Source: a virus (lineage: Duplodnaviria; Caudoviricetes). Taken from it: DNA of 39,711 nt. The stretch covers positions 1 to 39,711 of IMG/VR virus record IMGVR_UViG_3300020161_001528, one strand, 5' to 3'. The position numbers and the translations under genes are program-made. The notes under the pieces are model-generated. The model did not search any database, had not been told where the DNA came from, and worked only from the letters and a program-made list of their open reading frames with translations. Below, piece by piece: positions 1 to 9,677 of the stretch; position 1 is the first letter of the stretch; the number at the start of each line of letters is the position of its first letter.

Positions 1-1888
1 ACTCATTTAATCTATTTGAAAACTCTTCGTGTGTATGAGGAGAGAATAGTTTATCGCCAGGGAAAAGGCAAACAGAAGCAATATCAACATAAACATTGGT
101 AGAAATTGATACTGCATTATTGATTGCAGTTCTAACAAGAGGAATCAAATCAAAACCAACTTCGGTATAATCATCTACTCTTGTTGTTAGTAGATCTGCA
201 AGATCCGTGATAGTAAAGGTGACATCAAATCTTTGCCATGTAGTTGATGGAGTTACTGTATCAATTAAAGTCTTGTCTGCTTGTACTCCATTATTATATC
301 TGGCATAATAAAGATCTACAGAATAACTGTTGTGCGAACATTTCATGTAGAAACTTAGAACTACATCTTGATCATTGAATGCCTTTGCACTAGGAATAAC
401 ATGACCAATTGTAATATAATCTGCTGTCGCACCACATGTTGCTGCTAGTGCTTTTACTTGTAGGTAGTATTCTGGATTACCTTCAATGCTGGTCTGATAA
501 TCATCAAAGGTTTTTCTTTCGACTCGGAAATTCTTAGTTCCTGCCGTTGCACCAGTTATACCATCTACTCTTCTCCACATGTCAGCAAAGACTAAGTTTT
601 CCTGACCGGTATAACCAGAAAGTTTACCTTCTTCTCTTTGCCAAATTGAGTAGTCGCCATTGAGAAGTTGATTCTTTGTTAGACTACCAGCAGTTGAACC
701 CGTTGAGGTGGAAGCAGAGAGAAGGAAACTTGCTTGTTGACTTCCGTATCCTTTAAGATTTCTATTTACAATAGTATGATTGCCTGCATCATACTGAATT
801 GCGTATAATTTTCCTGCATATGTAGCAGATGAATTGTAAATTAATTGATTTGCAGATGATGTCCAGTTGTTGCTAAGATAAAAATAACCAGGGTCACCGA
901 GATCTATAGGAACAGCACCAAAAGTAGTAATTCTATATAAGTGATTACCACCACCAACGGAAGTTGCCTGTGTAACTGTTCCAACTACAGCATCTTCTTC
1001 GTTATCGTTGATAAATGGAGATAGTGGTTGTGCTCCATCTTTAACTGATCCAGATCTACTTAAGAAAAATCCACCATATTGACTTCTCAATGCAGGATCT
1101 GATGTTAAATATTGTTCCAAGAGATCTTCATCTGGAAAGTACGAAACAACTTTACCAACAGTAAAGACAGAAGCACTTCCAGATGGTAGGACTACAAATA
1201 TGTCATTTGAACCATATGTGTTTCCACCAGAACCTGCACTTGCATCTAATAGTTGACCTCTTAGCGGTATAACGACACCAGAAGTTGCACCTAAAGCCAT
1301 TAGTAATGGTTTTGAAATATATCCATCAGTTGTTGGTTCAGTGGTTGTTATTTTTCCTGTAGTATCACCCAAGAAGTAAATACATCCAGCAGAAAGGGTA
1401 TTTCCTGTACTTTCGGTGTTTCTAAAATCACCATCAATTTTACCACAAACTGTAATTGTAGAGTATGTTGTGGTTCTTTGTGTGATAAGACCTACTATTT
1501 CAGAACTATTTGCCGATGTGCAATTTCCTGCACTATACCCAGAAGTTGCGGTCGTATTAACCCAAACTGGAGTACCAAAAGTAAATCCAGAAGTACCAGA
1601 AGTAATACCTGTAACTTTATAAGAAATATTTGGTAAAATGGTATTTCCAGTAAATTGAACATCACCAGAGAAAGTAATACCTTGGGAAACACCCTGAGAT
1701 CCACCGAGACTAATAGTTAAAAGGCCATTTGTGTCGGTAGCAGCAAAAATACCACCACCACCCGTGGCACTAAAGACTCGTAATTGGTTTAATTTTTCGA
1801 TAATTTCATCGTTTTCTTTTTGCCACCAATCATAAAATGTGGTTGTTGGTGAAAGGTCTGAAATTTGTTGATCTCTGGTAAATGGCAT
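1..1888 (-). CDS. Tail fibre / virion structural protein, 3' end beyond the window (>629 aa)
   Basis: Not in the ORF track because it runs off the edge. ATG at 1888 reads MPFTRDQQISDLSPTTTFYDWWQKENDEIIEKLNQL. It is Gly/Thr/Ser-rich and contains NQLLNGDYSIWQRE...FADMWRR in frame at about 575-675, resembling the N-x-x-x-NG-x-F-x-x-WQR...ADRW module of phage fibres. A TATAAATA lies upstream. Confidence 0.75.
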   Translation of the reverse strand, partial: MPFTRDQQISDLSPTTTFYDWWQKENDEIIEKLNQLRVFSATGGGGIFAATDTNGLLTISLGGSQGVSQGITFSGDVQFTGNTILPNISYKVTGITSGTSGFTFGTPVWVNTTATSGYSAGNCTSANSSEIVGLITQRTTTYSTITVCGKIDGDFRNTESTGNTLSAGCIYFLGDTTGKITTTEPTTDGYISKPLLMALGATSGVVIPLRGQLLDASAGSGGNTYGSNDIFVVLPSGSASVFTVGKVVSYFPDEDLLEQYLTSDPALRSQYGGFFLSRSGSVKDGAQPLSPFINDNEEDAVVGTVTQATSVGGGNHLYRITTFGAVPIDLGDPGYFYLSNNWTSSANQLIYNSSATYAGKLYAIQYDAGNHTIVNRNLKGYGSQQASFLLSASTSTGSTAGSLTKNQLLNGDYSIWQREEGKLSGYTGQENLVFADMWRRVDGITGATAGTKNFRVERKTFDDYQTSIEGNPEYYLQVKALAATCGATADYITIGHVIPSAKAFNDQDVVLSFYMKCSHNSYSVDLYYARYNNGVQADKTLIDTVTPSTTWQRFDVTFTITDLADLLTTRVDDYTEVGFDLIPLVRTAINNAVSISTNVYVDIASVCLFPGDKLFSPHTHEEFSNRLNE

Positions 1889-1902
1889 AGTGTTTTATTC
1901 TT

Positions 1903-3972
1903 TTAGATATTTATATCATTAATTTTATACTTATTCATTGTTTGAACTAAAATTCTATTTGAACCTATTACTGTATCTGTCCCTCGTCTTATGTTTAGAA
2001 TCGGAACCGCATTATTTTCCGGAGAAGTAGTTATATCTAGGTTAATTTTTACTCTATCTGCCCCATCAGTTATTGGATTTAAGAATTTACTAGACTTGTC
2101 GTTAAAATCGTATCCTTCATCTGAGGGTATAAATGAAGATGGTATTACTTCTTCGCTTATTGTTAAATATACTTTAGTATCAACTGTTCCACTTAAAGGA
2201 ATAGAAACAGTCTTACCCTCCATGAAGCACCAAATATTTTCGTTTCTAACTGGAACATTATACCACCCAGAAGAAAGTGTAATGAATATAGCATTTCCTA
2301 AAACATCGGATTTTATTAAAGATGGGTTTTGTGGTACGCAATAATTTAAATTTGGAATTGGAAATTCATATACTTCATCAAACCTTCCACTTAATGTTTC
2401 ATAGATTGTAAAATCTAAAACATTTTCATGTTGATATTTTTTACCAAACTTTGGCCAATTATATGAAAGACTAAGGGTTAATGTCTGCTGAAGAACTATA
2501 TTTTCCTGAAGTTCATTTAATTCTGCTGCTTGTAATAATATTCCTGGTTTGAATCCTAACTGTGTGTAGTTTTTATTTTGAGTATCTTGTTTTCTACTAG
2601 AGTATGGAAATATATTCAAAATATGTTTATATGCACTAGGAGTTTGATCTGTTGAAATTAAGATTCCTATTTGTTCTTCTGGTGGATTTTCTGGTGGCTC
2701 TGGTTCATCTATAAAGTCACTGATTCTATAAACTAAATCAAAATTAGTATATTCTATTAATTCTGGTTCATTTACTGCTCGTAAATATTGATTGACTTCA
2801 TCTACCAAAAATTTGTTATTTATTCTTTTCCATGCATTATAGATATATTGTCCAGCATATGCACCACCCGGCCATAAATTTATTGCATCTTTAGTGTAAA
2901 ACATATAGTTTGTTCCACTACTTCCCAGTCTGGCCGACCCTAGTTTTTGTTGGGTTATATCTTTTATCTTTTCATATTTTAATCCCACATTGAAATTTGG
3001 ATCCAACTGAGGTACAAAACTTCCATTATCGACTATGTTGTTTAACTTGTTGAAAGACAATAATCCAAGTGCAAATATCCCTTGTTGATTCAAATGAAAT
3101 ACTGCTAGATCTTCATTTGAGTTTTGTTGTCCGGTTGTTCGGATATATGATTGGAATGAGTATGGATTTAAGTAATGAGTGTAATGTACTGGAAATCGTC
3201 CTGTACCTACTATTTTTGCTATTCTAACATCTCTATCCCAATATAATCTAGTATGAAAGTCTTGGCCCGAAGCGGATCCTACTGGTGCAACTGTTCTTAC
3301 TAAATTACCAATAAAAGTTTGAGTAGTTGGATCCCATAAAACAACATAATCTTCTCTCTCTGGACCCGCCCCGACACAGTGGCCACATAAAAGAACATGT
3401 GTCGGAGAAATAACAGTTGCTGCTGGAGCAGTTGGAGAATACTGACCTATTGATCGTCTAACTCCTTCAAGACCACCTTCACATATTGAATATACTTCAT
3501 ATAAATATCTTTGTTCATTAGTTCTGGGTTCTGGAAAACACGGTTCGTTTAAGTCCCCAAGACAGTTTATGTAGTTAAATGGACCACCAAAAGTTACACT
3601 AAAGTAAGTAGCACCATAACCTCTTGTAGACACGGAATGATAAAATGTAGGTGAGTTTCCATTTGGAAATAACCGATTGATCCAACATGTTGGATTTAGT
3701 CCGGTAACATATGTTGCATATTTTTGATTGATATAATCCGCTTTAGGAGCAACGGATGGTGTTAATATACCGTTTACATAATAATCATTTGCATATGTGT
3801 AAAAATCCCATAGGGGATCAACATGATCTTGAAATGATTGTGGATTAGCAGGACCATTTACTGTTTCACATATACAGTCTCCAAAGACATTTCTTGGTAG
3901 AGAACCATCTCCATCCTCGAAATCCCAAGTAATAGTTCTATTATTAAATGCATTTTTATATAAATTTGTCAT
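1903..3972 (-). CDS. Baseplate-associated protein: trypsin-like serine protease domain plus C-terminal VrlC/DUF4815-like domain
   Basis: Ordered motifs ATVISPTHVLLCGHC (His), DRDVRIAKI (Asp) and LGSSGT (Ser). The C-terminal PYSSR...LGFKPGILLQAAELNELQ and DEGYDFND...GADRVKI match the VrlC N-terminal pattern. Confidence 0.7.
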   Translation of the reverse strand: MTNLYKNAFNNRTITWDFEDGDGSLPRNVFGDCICETVNGPANPQSFQDHVDPLWDFYTYANDYYVNGILTPSVAPKADYINQKYATYVTGLNPTCWINRLFPNGNSPTFYHSVSTRGYGATYFSVTFGGPFNYINCLGDLNEPCFPEPRTNEQRYLYEVYSICEGGLEGVRRSIGQYSPTAPAATVISPTHVLLCGHCVGAGPEREDYVVLWDPTTQTFIGNLVRTVAPVGSASGQDFHTRLYWDRDVRIAKIVGTGRFPVHYTHYLNPYSFQSYIRTTGQQNSNEDLAVFHLNQQGIFALGLLSFNKLNNIVDNGSFVPQLDPNFNVGLKYEKIKDITQQKLGSARLGSSGTNYMFYTKDAINLWPGGAYAGQYIYNAWKRINNKFLVDEVNQYLRAVNEPELIEYTNFDLVYRISDFIDEPEPPENPPEEQIGILISTDQTPSAYKHILNIFPYSSRKQDTQNKNYTQLGFKPGILLQAAELNELQENIVLQQTLTLSLSYNWPKFGKKYQHENVLDFTIYETLSGRFDEVYEFPIPNLNYCVPQNPSLIKSDVLGNAIFITLSSGWYNVPVRNENIWCFMEGKTVSIPLSGTVDTKVYLTISEEVIPSSFIPSDEGYDFNDKSSKFLNPITDGADRVKINLDITTSPENNAVPILNIRRGTDTVIGSNRILVQTMNKYKINDINI
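1908..1915 (-). promoter_or_regulatory. T4-type late promoter TATAAATA
   Basis: Exact TATAAATA on the minus strand, 19 nt upstream of ATG 1888. Confidence 0.65.
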
Positions 3973-4598
3973 AATACAATTGTTCTTGTTCTATTTAATT
4001 TATCTGTAATTAAATATTCTTCTGATTCTGTTATTGCTTGAATTGTAAAAAGTTCAACAGCAGAAGCGGAAGTTAATGTAATAGAAGAAGATACTTTTAT
4101 TCTATCAGCCCCACACGATGAATCAGCTCCCCCAGAATTATCATTAAAAATATATCCTTCGTCTTCGCTATTACTTGAGCATACAATAAAAGAAGATTCG
4201 TATGAAGAATAAACTGTCCCACCAGTGGTTGGTAGTGTTAATGAAACATTGGATGGGTTTGTCCATACTCTATATTGTTCATTTATTGGAACATTTATCC
4301 AAGAACTTCCTATATTCATGGTTAAGTTAGAACCACTTAACGATAAAGTTATTTCATTCAAAGTGGTTAATAATGGAAAATTAAACGAACCTAGAAATGA
4401 AGTGGTGGAATATGTATCACCAGCAGCGATGTCGTATAGAAATTTATTAGTATGTGTTAATTGCATTAACACATTTTCTTGCAATTCATTTAATTCAGAA
4501 GCCTGTAACGGAGTTCCTGGCTTAAATGCTACAAATGAATACTTTGGATAATCTAAGTTTCTACTATTATATGGACTGGATGATAATGGTGATGGCAT
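3969..4598 (-). CDS. Stand-alone VrlC/DUF4815-like baseplate protein
   Basis: SPYNSR...VAFKPGTPLQASELNELQ and DEGYIFNDNS...GADRIKV. It lies directly downstream of gp8 and is paralogous to the C-terminus of 1903..3972. Confidence 0.75.
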   Translation of the reverse strand: MPSPLSSSPYNSRNLDYPKYSFVAFKPGTPLQASELNELQENVLMQLTHTNKFLYDIAAGDTYSTTSFLGSFNFPLLTTLNEITLSLSGSNLTMNIGSSWINVPINEQYRVWTNPSNVSLTLPTTGGTVYSSYESSFIVCSSNSEDEGYIFNDNSGGADSSCGADRIKVSSSITLTSASAVELFTIQAITESEEYLITDKLNRTRTIVL

Positions 4599-4600
4599 AA

Positions 4601-6358
4601 TTAACTCATTGGGGTTGTGATGCTAAATGTAATTGCTGCGTTTCCAGAAACATCTCTGGTTGTTCTAGTATCAAATACTTTACCGTTCATTAGAGTTCCG
4701 GTGAATTGTTTCACATGAGTTGGAACTATTACTTCATCTGCAACAAGAATAGTTCCATCTTCCAATTCTAGTTTTGTAGCATTTTCAATAGCAGACTTGA
4801 CATCGCCTGTTATTTTAATTATTGTGTATGTAGCATCACTTGTAGAATCGATATCTTTGATGAACGCACTAGTTAATTTTGTTTCGTTTGGATATTCCAT
4901 AATAACTGGCAACGATTGATCTTGAACATCCAAAGAAGCTTCTTCACCAAAACCTAAACCAGTTTTCAATACTTTAAATAAAGTTCTATATGATTTTATT
5001 TCTTTGGTATATTTTGTGGTATCGAGTGTTCCTGCAATTACTTCGTTATCGTTGTTGTCCACTCTAGTTGGATTTTCTATTAGACTATAAAAGTTAATAG
5101 CCGAAGGAAAGTCAACATTGCTATTATTAAGTTCCTGATTACCAAAACTAACATTAGTCATCATATTTTTACAATTAAACATTTGAGATGGATCTAATCC
5201 TAAAAGATCTGCTCTATCTAAATTTATTGTTATTCTTGATATTAAATCAGCTTCTGTGATATTAAAATCAGAGGTGTTTTGCATTTCAAGAACAAAATCT
5301 TTGTAATCTTGACCGTGTGAAATTAATTCTATTCCTTTGATTTGGTAATTTTTACTTTCATTTATAAATGTTTTAATTTTAATTTGAGCACCCGAACCAG
5401 TTGAACTTATAACTCTGATTGATGGATTTTCCACATTAGTTACAAGTTCTGTTTCAGTCATACCCGAAAGATCTATGAAAACAGATATAACTCCACCGTC
5501 TTCTATTCCGTTCTGTAACCATGTTTGATATAACGCATAGTAGGGTGAATTTACTGTAATTTTACCTTGAGATATTAAACTTGCAACCAAATCAATTTTT
5601 CCTAAAACTTCAATTGATGGTTCGATGTCCGCTTGGTTTGTATAGAAAACAGAAGTGTAATCGTCATCTAAGTTTTCATTGAAAGAAAAGTAACACTCAC
5701 TACAAGTTCCTTCAAATGTGGTGTAAAGATCACCTGCTGTATAATAATCATAAGTAGAACTTGATGTTGGAATTGATTTTGTTTTGTTTACATAAACTGC
5801 ACAGAATCCTTCAGTTGTTGGAGAGGAGTTGCAGAAATAATTAACCTTTTCCCAAGGGGTTGTTCCTTGGGTTGGTTCTTCAAAATTTTCAAGACTAATA
5901 ACTGGAATCCAATTAGAAGATACAAACTTTTGCATTCCACCAGTTACTTTGTATACTGGAAGCCAAGAAAATCCATCTGAGTATTCTTGAATTCCAGATG
6001 TATGAGTTGGTCTTACTGTGCTAACTTGACCAGTTAAATCTGATCTATTGTCTTCGTTATTAGAAACACACAGATACACAAACTGATTCTGTGAATTATA
6101 GACGTAATAGTTTGTTTGTGTTTCTGTTAAATTTGATTTCCAAGGAACAAACATTTTAGATCTAGACCACTGAACATTTTCAATTACACCAGAAACATCA
6201 TTTCTTGTGACTTTGTATGTCACATCTGCGTCTCTAAATCCATCAATGAAAAGTCTAGAAGTATTATTATTAATATCTGTACTTTCTGTTTTACCAATCA
6301 ACAGATATGGATACTTTTCTCTTCCTATTTTATTGATGTAATCTACTACCTTATTCAT
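4601..6358 (-). CDS. gp8: Baseplate wedge subunit gp8-like
   Basis: YYVYNSQNQFVYLCVSNN...STVRPTHT...DGFSWLPVYKV...KFVSSNWIPV matches the T4-like gp8 signature, in gp6-gp7-gp8 gene order. Confidence 0.85.
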   Translation of the reverse strand: MNKVVDYINKIGREKYPYLLIGKTESTDINNNTSRLFIDGFRDADVTYKVTRNDVSGVIENVQWSRSKMFVPWKSNLTETQTNYYVYNSQNQFVYLCVSNNEDNRSDLTGQVSTVRPTHTSGIQEYSDGFSWLPVYKVTGGMQKFVSSNWIPVISLENFEEPTQGTTPWEKVNYFCNSSPTTEGFCAVYVNKTKSIPTSSSTYDYYTAGDLYTTFEGTCSECYFSFNENLDDDYTSVFYTNQADIEPSIEVLGKIDLVASLISQGKITVNSPYYALYQTWLQNGIEDGGVISVFIDLSGMTETELVTNVENPSIRVISSTGSGAQIKIKTFINESKNYQIKGIELISHGQDYKDFVLEMQNTSDFNITEADLISRITINLDRADLLGLDPSQMFNCKNMMTNVSFGNQELNNSNVDFPSAINFYSLIENPTRVDNNDNEVIAGTLDTTKYTKEIKSYRTLFKVLKTGLGFGEEASLDVQDQSLPVIMEYPNETKLTSAFIKDIDSTSDATYTIIKITGDVKSAIENATKLELEDGTILVADEVIVPTHVKQFTGTLMNGKVFDTRTTRDVSGNAAITFSITTPMS

Positions 6359-6365
6359 GTTTTCC

Positions 6366-7496
6366 TCAACTTAAGCAACCATCGGCGCAAGTTAACCCTG
6401 CATTTGGACTAGTAAATCCTTGAATGAAACACATGTTAAAGAAATCCAAAATATTTATATCATTAAATCTGTACCCGCTTATGGATCCAGACCAATTAGG
6501 GAACACATGTGAAGGGTATGTTATTCCCCAAGGAGCAGTAAGACCACAGTTATTACAATAGGTTAATCCATAAAGAGAATATGTTGCTCCTGCATATGAA
6601 GCAACTCCGATTTGAGTATTGTAAGTTACACCAAGTTGATAACTTGAGTAGTTGCCAAGTATGGGTCTTTCACATACTAACGCTTCTATTTCTGTATTTC
6701 CTACTCCCGGATAATCTTCAATTGTCTTTTCGAAGATTACTTTAAGTCCTGCGGGATGCATCATATTTTTATATGATATCTGATAATCGTTTAGTGGTAG
6801 TCCAGTCTTCAACAGATAAGAATAATCTTGAAACCAATCTGAGTCCTGCATAACAGAACCATTTAGATAACCTCCACCTAGATGGTTAGTGTCATCATAT
6901 GAACCAGTTGCGTCTCTAAATTTAAATTTACTATTTGCAAATTTACCACCATTCAAACGCATTAGGTTTTGTTTTGGGTAGTAAACATAAAAATCACCTT
7001 CCTGTAATTCAGGGAATAATATTCTAAAGAAGTATTTTATACCTTCAACCGTTGTCTTTTTATGATAAAGATTCTTTGATATGTTCTTAATGAACTTTTT
7101 TAAACTTTCTGCTTCACTTAGTTGTTTATCATATAAAGCGTCTTCAAGACCTGTTGCATATGATGTTACAAACCGTTTATAATACTCTGATCTAGTTGTT
7201 TCTATATCAATTAGTTCAAGTAACTTTCTTGATAAAAAATATTGAGCACCTTCTGATTCATCACAGTATAACCAATCATAATACTTTTGTAAAAAGTCAA
7301 ATATAGAAAGAACTACTTCTCCTTCTTGTTCCTTTTTGTATTTTTCATGAACAATCCAAAGAGGTGTGTTTTTTGCTATACTCAAAAAACTAGAACAAGA
7401 AATATCAAATCCATCGTTTTCTACAAGAGAATCAAAAAATGCATCTATTTGTGATGCTAAACTTGATGATTGACTTGCTAGAAATGAGTAGTTCAT
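6366..7496 (-). CDS. gp7: Baseplate wedge initiator gp7-like (compact)
   Basis: FLQKYYDWL, LYHKKTTVEGIKYFFRILF, YYPKQNLMR and QDSDWFQDYSYLLK...HPAGLK. Located between gp6 and gp8. Confidence 0.8.
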   Translation of the reverse strand: MNYSFLASQSSSLASQIDAFFDSLVENDGFDISCSSFLSIAKNTPLWIVHEKYKKEQEGEVVLSIFDFLQKYYDWLYCDESEGAQYFLSRKLLELIDIETTRSEYYKRFVTSYATGLEDALYDKQLSEAESLKKFIKNISKNLYHKKTTVEGIKYFFRILFPELQEGDFYVYYPKQNLMRLNGGKFANSKFKFRDATGSYDDTNHLGGGYLNGSVMQDSDWFQDYSYLLKTGLPLNDYQISYKNMMHPAGLKVIFEKTIEDYPGVGNTEIEALVCERPILGNYSSYQLGVTYNTQIGVASYAGATYSLYGLTYCNNCGLTAPWGITYPSHVFPNWSGSISGYRFNDINILDFFNMCFIQGFTSPNAGLTCADGCLS

Positions 7497-9253
7497 TGTA
7501 GTATTACATCTGGATCAGCTAACAAAATATTGTTAATGTTATTCGTGTGAGACTCTAAAACATTATTCTTCATTGGAATATTAACAGTAAATGGTGATTG
7601 TGATATACTTGGAATGTATAAGGTTCCTGTGTTTATCTGAATCTTACCAAAATCTCTGTCTTTAATTTCTCTATTATTTACCGTACTATATGCTCTAAGT
7701 GGTATGTAGTTATTAAAACTAGTTGTTGGAGTTGTTACTACCTTTAGAACCACAGTTTGTAATCCTTGGTTATCACTTGCAATTACAAACGGAGTAGTAA
7801 TTGTAGTTGCTCCAAGTGGTGGGAACGCAAATGGATTTCCGACATTTAATGAAAGTTCACTCGTATTTTCTAGATTTGGTGTTACTCTAGTTGATAGAGT
7901 TATCTTAAATGTGTTTCCATTAAGAACAATGTTAGTCAGAGAATTATTCAAGTCTTCCGAAATTATGAATGGATCAAATGTAGTATTAAATTTATTAAGA
8001 ACTACTTTTTCTTGAATTGCACTTTTGATATTCCTCATTGCAATTCTTTTATCGAGTTCGTTTGGTGCTTGTTTGGTGTATATGAAACTAAAGTCCACTC
8101 TATAGTCAACTACTTGAGGAATTACATATTCTGGAAGAACTGTAACAACTGAGTTTTCTCTTAGATAGTTGATTATCGCATTTGCATCTATGTTATTATC
8201 AATTACAGATACAAACAATCTTCCATATTTTGGAGGAAATACTTCATCTCCACCATAAATTGCTACATCGTTTTGATCATTAATATAATTTGACTCTAAT
8301 AGAAGTCCTAAGTAGTCGCTTTTTGTTACTGCTCTTCCTTGTGAAGCAAACCATTTGGGTGCTAGGAACTTAATAAGATCTATATTTGGTTCGTCTAATC
8401 CACCAGTGGATTCATTGCAATTGGGACAAGAAACTCCAATGTCAATATTCCCCTCTGGTGCTTCTCTATATGTGTTTGAGGCAGAATCCGTGAACTGAAA
8501 TATTCCATTTGCAACTTTACCATTTGATATTACATATCGTATAGTTAAGGAGTCGTCAGAGGTAAGTTCAGTACCAAGGCTATTTTCTAGTCCAAACTGA
8601 ACAACAAACCCTCCGGTACTAAGTCGTTCTATGAAGTAAATATTATCATTTACCTCAAAATTTGAACCAATATTACCAACCAGTTTCCACACTTCGTTAT
8701 TAACTTTAACTTGTATTGTAGAAATATCAACATTCTCATTTAGAATGTAATACTTTTGTTTTCTGAAATCAAAAGACTGTAACGCAGCACTATCTACCAC
8801 TAACTGTCCTTCTGCAATTTCAACTTCTGAATCGCTATCTTGAACTACGAATGGATCTAGATTTACAAAATTAAACTGAATACCATCAGAATCTATACCA
8901 AAAAATGTCTGATATTCTGGTATTGTAGTTAGATCTGCTCTGTTTATCCCTGTAATTAAAATTTTTGCTCTTGCTGATCTTCTGCCAGGAACTGTATATC
9001 CTAGTGGCTTTGCTAGTGAAATTATGGAATCTATTCTTTGTGCGGAATCTAAGAACATTTCACTTGAAACCATGTTCATATAATATGCGTAATAGAACGT
9101 GTTATATGCGAGTAAATCGATCAAGGATCTAATCGCAGAACCCTCAAAATTATAGTCTTTGATTATGGATTGACTTTTTAAGTAGTTTATCAGACTTTCT
9201 TTTATTTCATCAAAGTCTAATTTTCCTAATATAGTTGTTGGGTTTGTGGCCAT
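7493..9253 (-). CDS. gp6: Baseplate wedge subunit gp6
   Basis: LDFDEIKESLINYLKSQ...DYNFEGSAIRSLIDLLAYNT...EMFLDSA...SQGRAVTKSDY...PPKYG is the classic gp6 pattern. Confidence 0.95.
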   Translation of the reverse strand: MATNPTTILGKLDFDEIKESLINYLKSQSIIKDYNFEGSAIRSLIDLLAYNTFYYAYYMNMVSSEMFLDSAQRIDSIISLAKPLGYTVPGRRSARAKILITGINRADLTTIPEYQTFFGIDSDGIQFNFVNLDPFVVQDSDSEVEIAEGQLVVDSAALQSFDFRKQKYYILNENVDISTIQVKVNNEVWKLVGNIGSNFEVNDNIYFIERLSTGGFVVQFGLENSLGTELTSDDSLTIRYVISNGKVANGIFQFTDSASNTYREAPEGNIDIGVSCPNCNESTGGLDEPNIDLIKFLAPKWFASQGRAVTKSDYLGLLLESNYINDQNDVAIYGGDEVFPPKYGRLFVSVIDNNIDANAIINYLRENSVVTVLPEYVIPQVVDYRVDFSFIYTKQAPNELDKRIAMRNIKSAIQEKVVLNKFNTTFDPFIISEDLNNSLTNIVLNGNTFKITLSTRVTPNLENTSELSLNVGNPFAFPPLGATTITTPFVIASDNQGLQTVVLKVVTTPTTSFNNYIPLRAYSTVNNREIKDRDFGKIQINTGTLYIPSISQSPFTVNIPMKNNVLESHTNNINNILLADPDVILQ

Positions 9254-9660
9254 TACCTAGTTCTCTCCATTCCTACTACTAATGTTTTTTTACTATTTGT
9301 ATGTAGTACCGTATAATCTATGGATACAAGCACTAGTCTTGGATCTGATGTATCTTGTCTAAAGTCTACCGAATTAGCAATTACTCTAGGTTCGTATGTT
9401 GTTATCGTATTCATTATATCAATTTTGTACCTAGTAAGTCTTACATCATCGTTGTCAATATTTTCAAACAGCACATCATAAATCGAAGTTCCGAAGTCAT
9501 TATCGAAAGGTCTTTCTCCAATTCTAGTCAATACTATGTTCTGAAGAGAATATGCAATAGCATTTCCGTCTTTCTTTAGACTTATATCATCCGTAAACTC
9601 GTTTCTAGTAAAAAAGAACGGTAAATCGGCGTAAAGATTTTTGTTTAAGTACTGTGCCAT
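9253..9660 (-). CDS. gp25: Baseplate wedge subunit gp25 (GPW/gp25 family)
   Basis: AIAYSLQNIVLTRIGERPFDNDFGT...LFE...YEPRV. Confidence 0.95.
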   Translation of the reverse strand: MAQYLNKNLYADLPFFFTRNEFTDDISLKKDGNAIAYSLQNIVLTRIGERPFDNDFGTSIYDVLFENIDNDDVRLTRYKIDIMNTITTYEPRVIANSVDFRQDTSDPRLVLVSIDYTVLHTNSKKTLVVGMERTR

Positions 9661-9677
9661 ACTGATATTTATTAATA

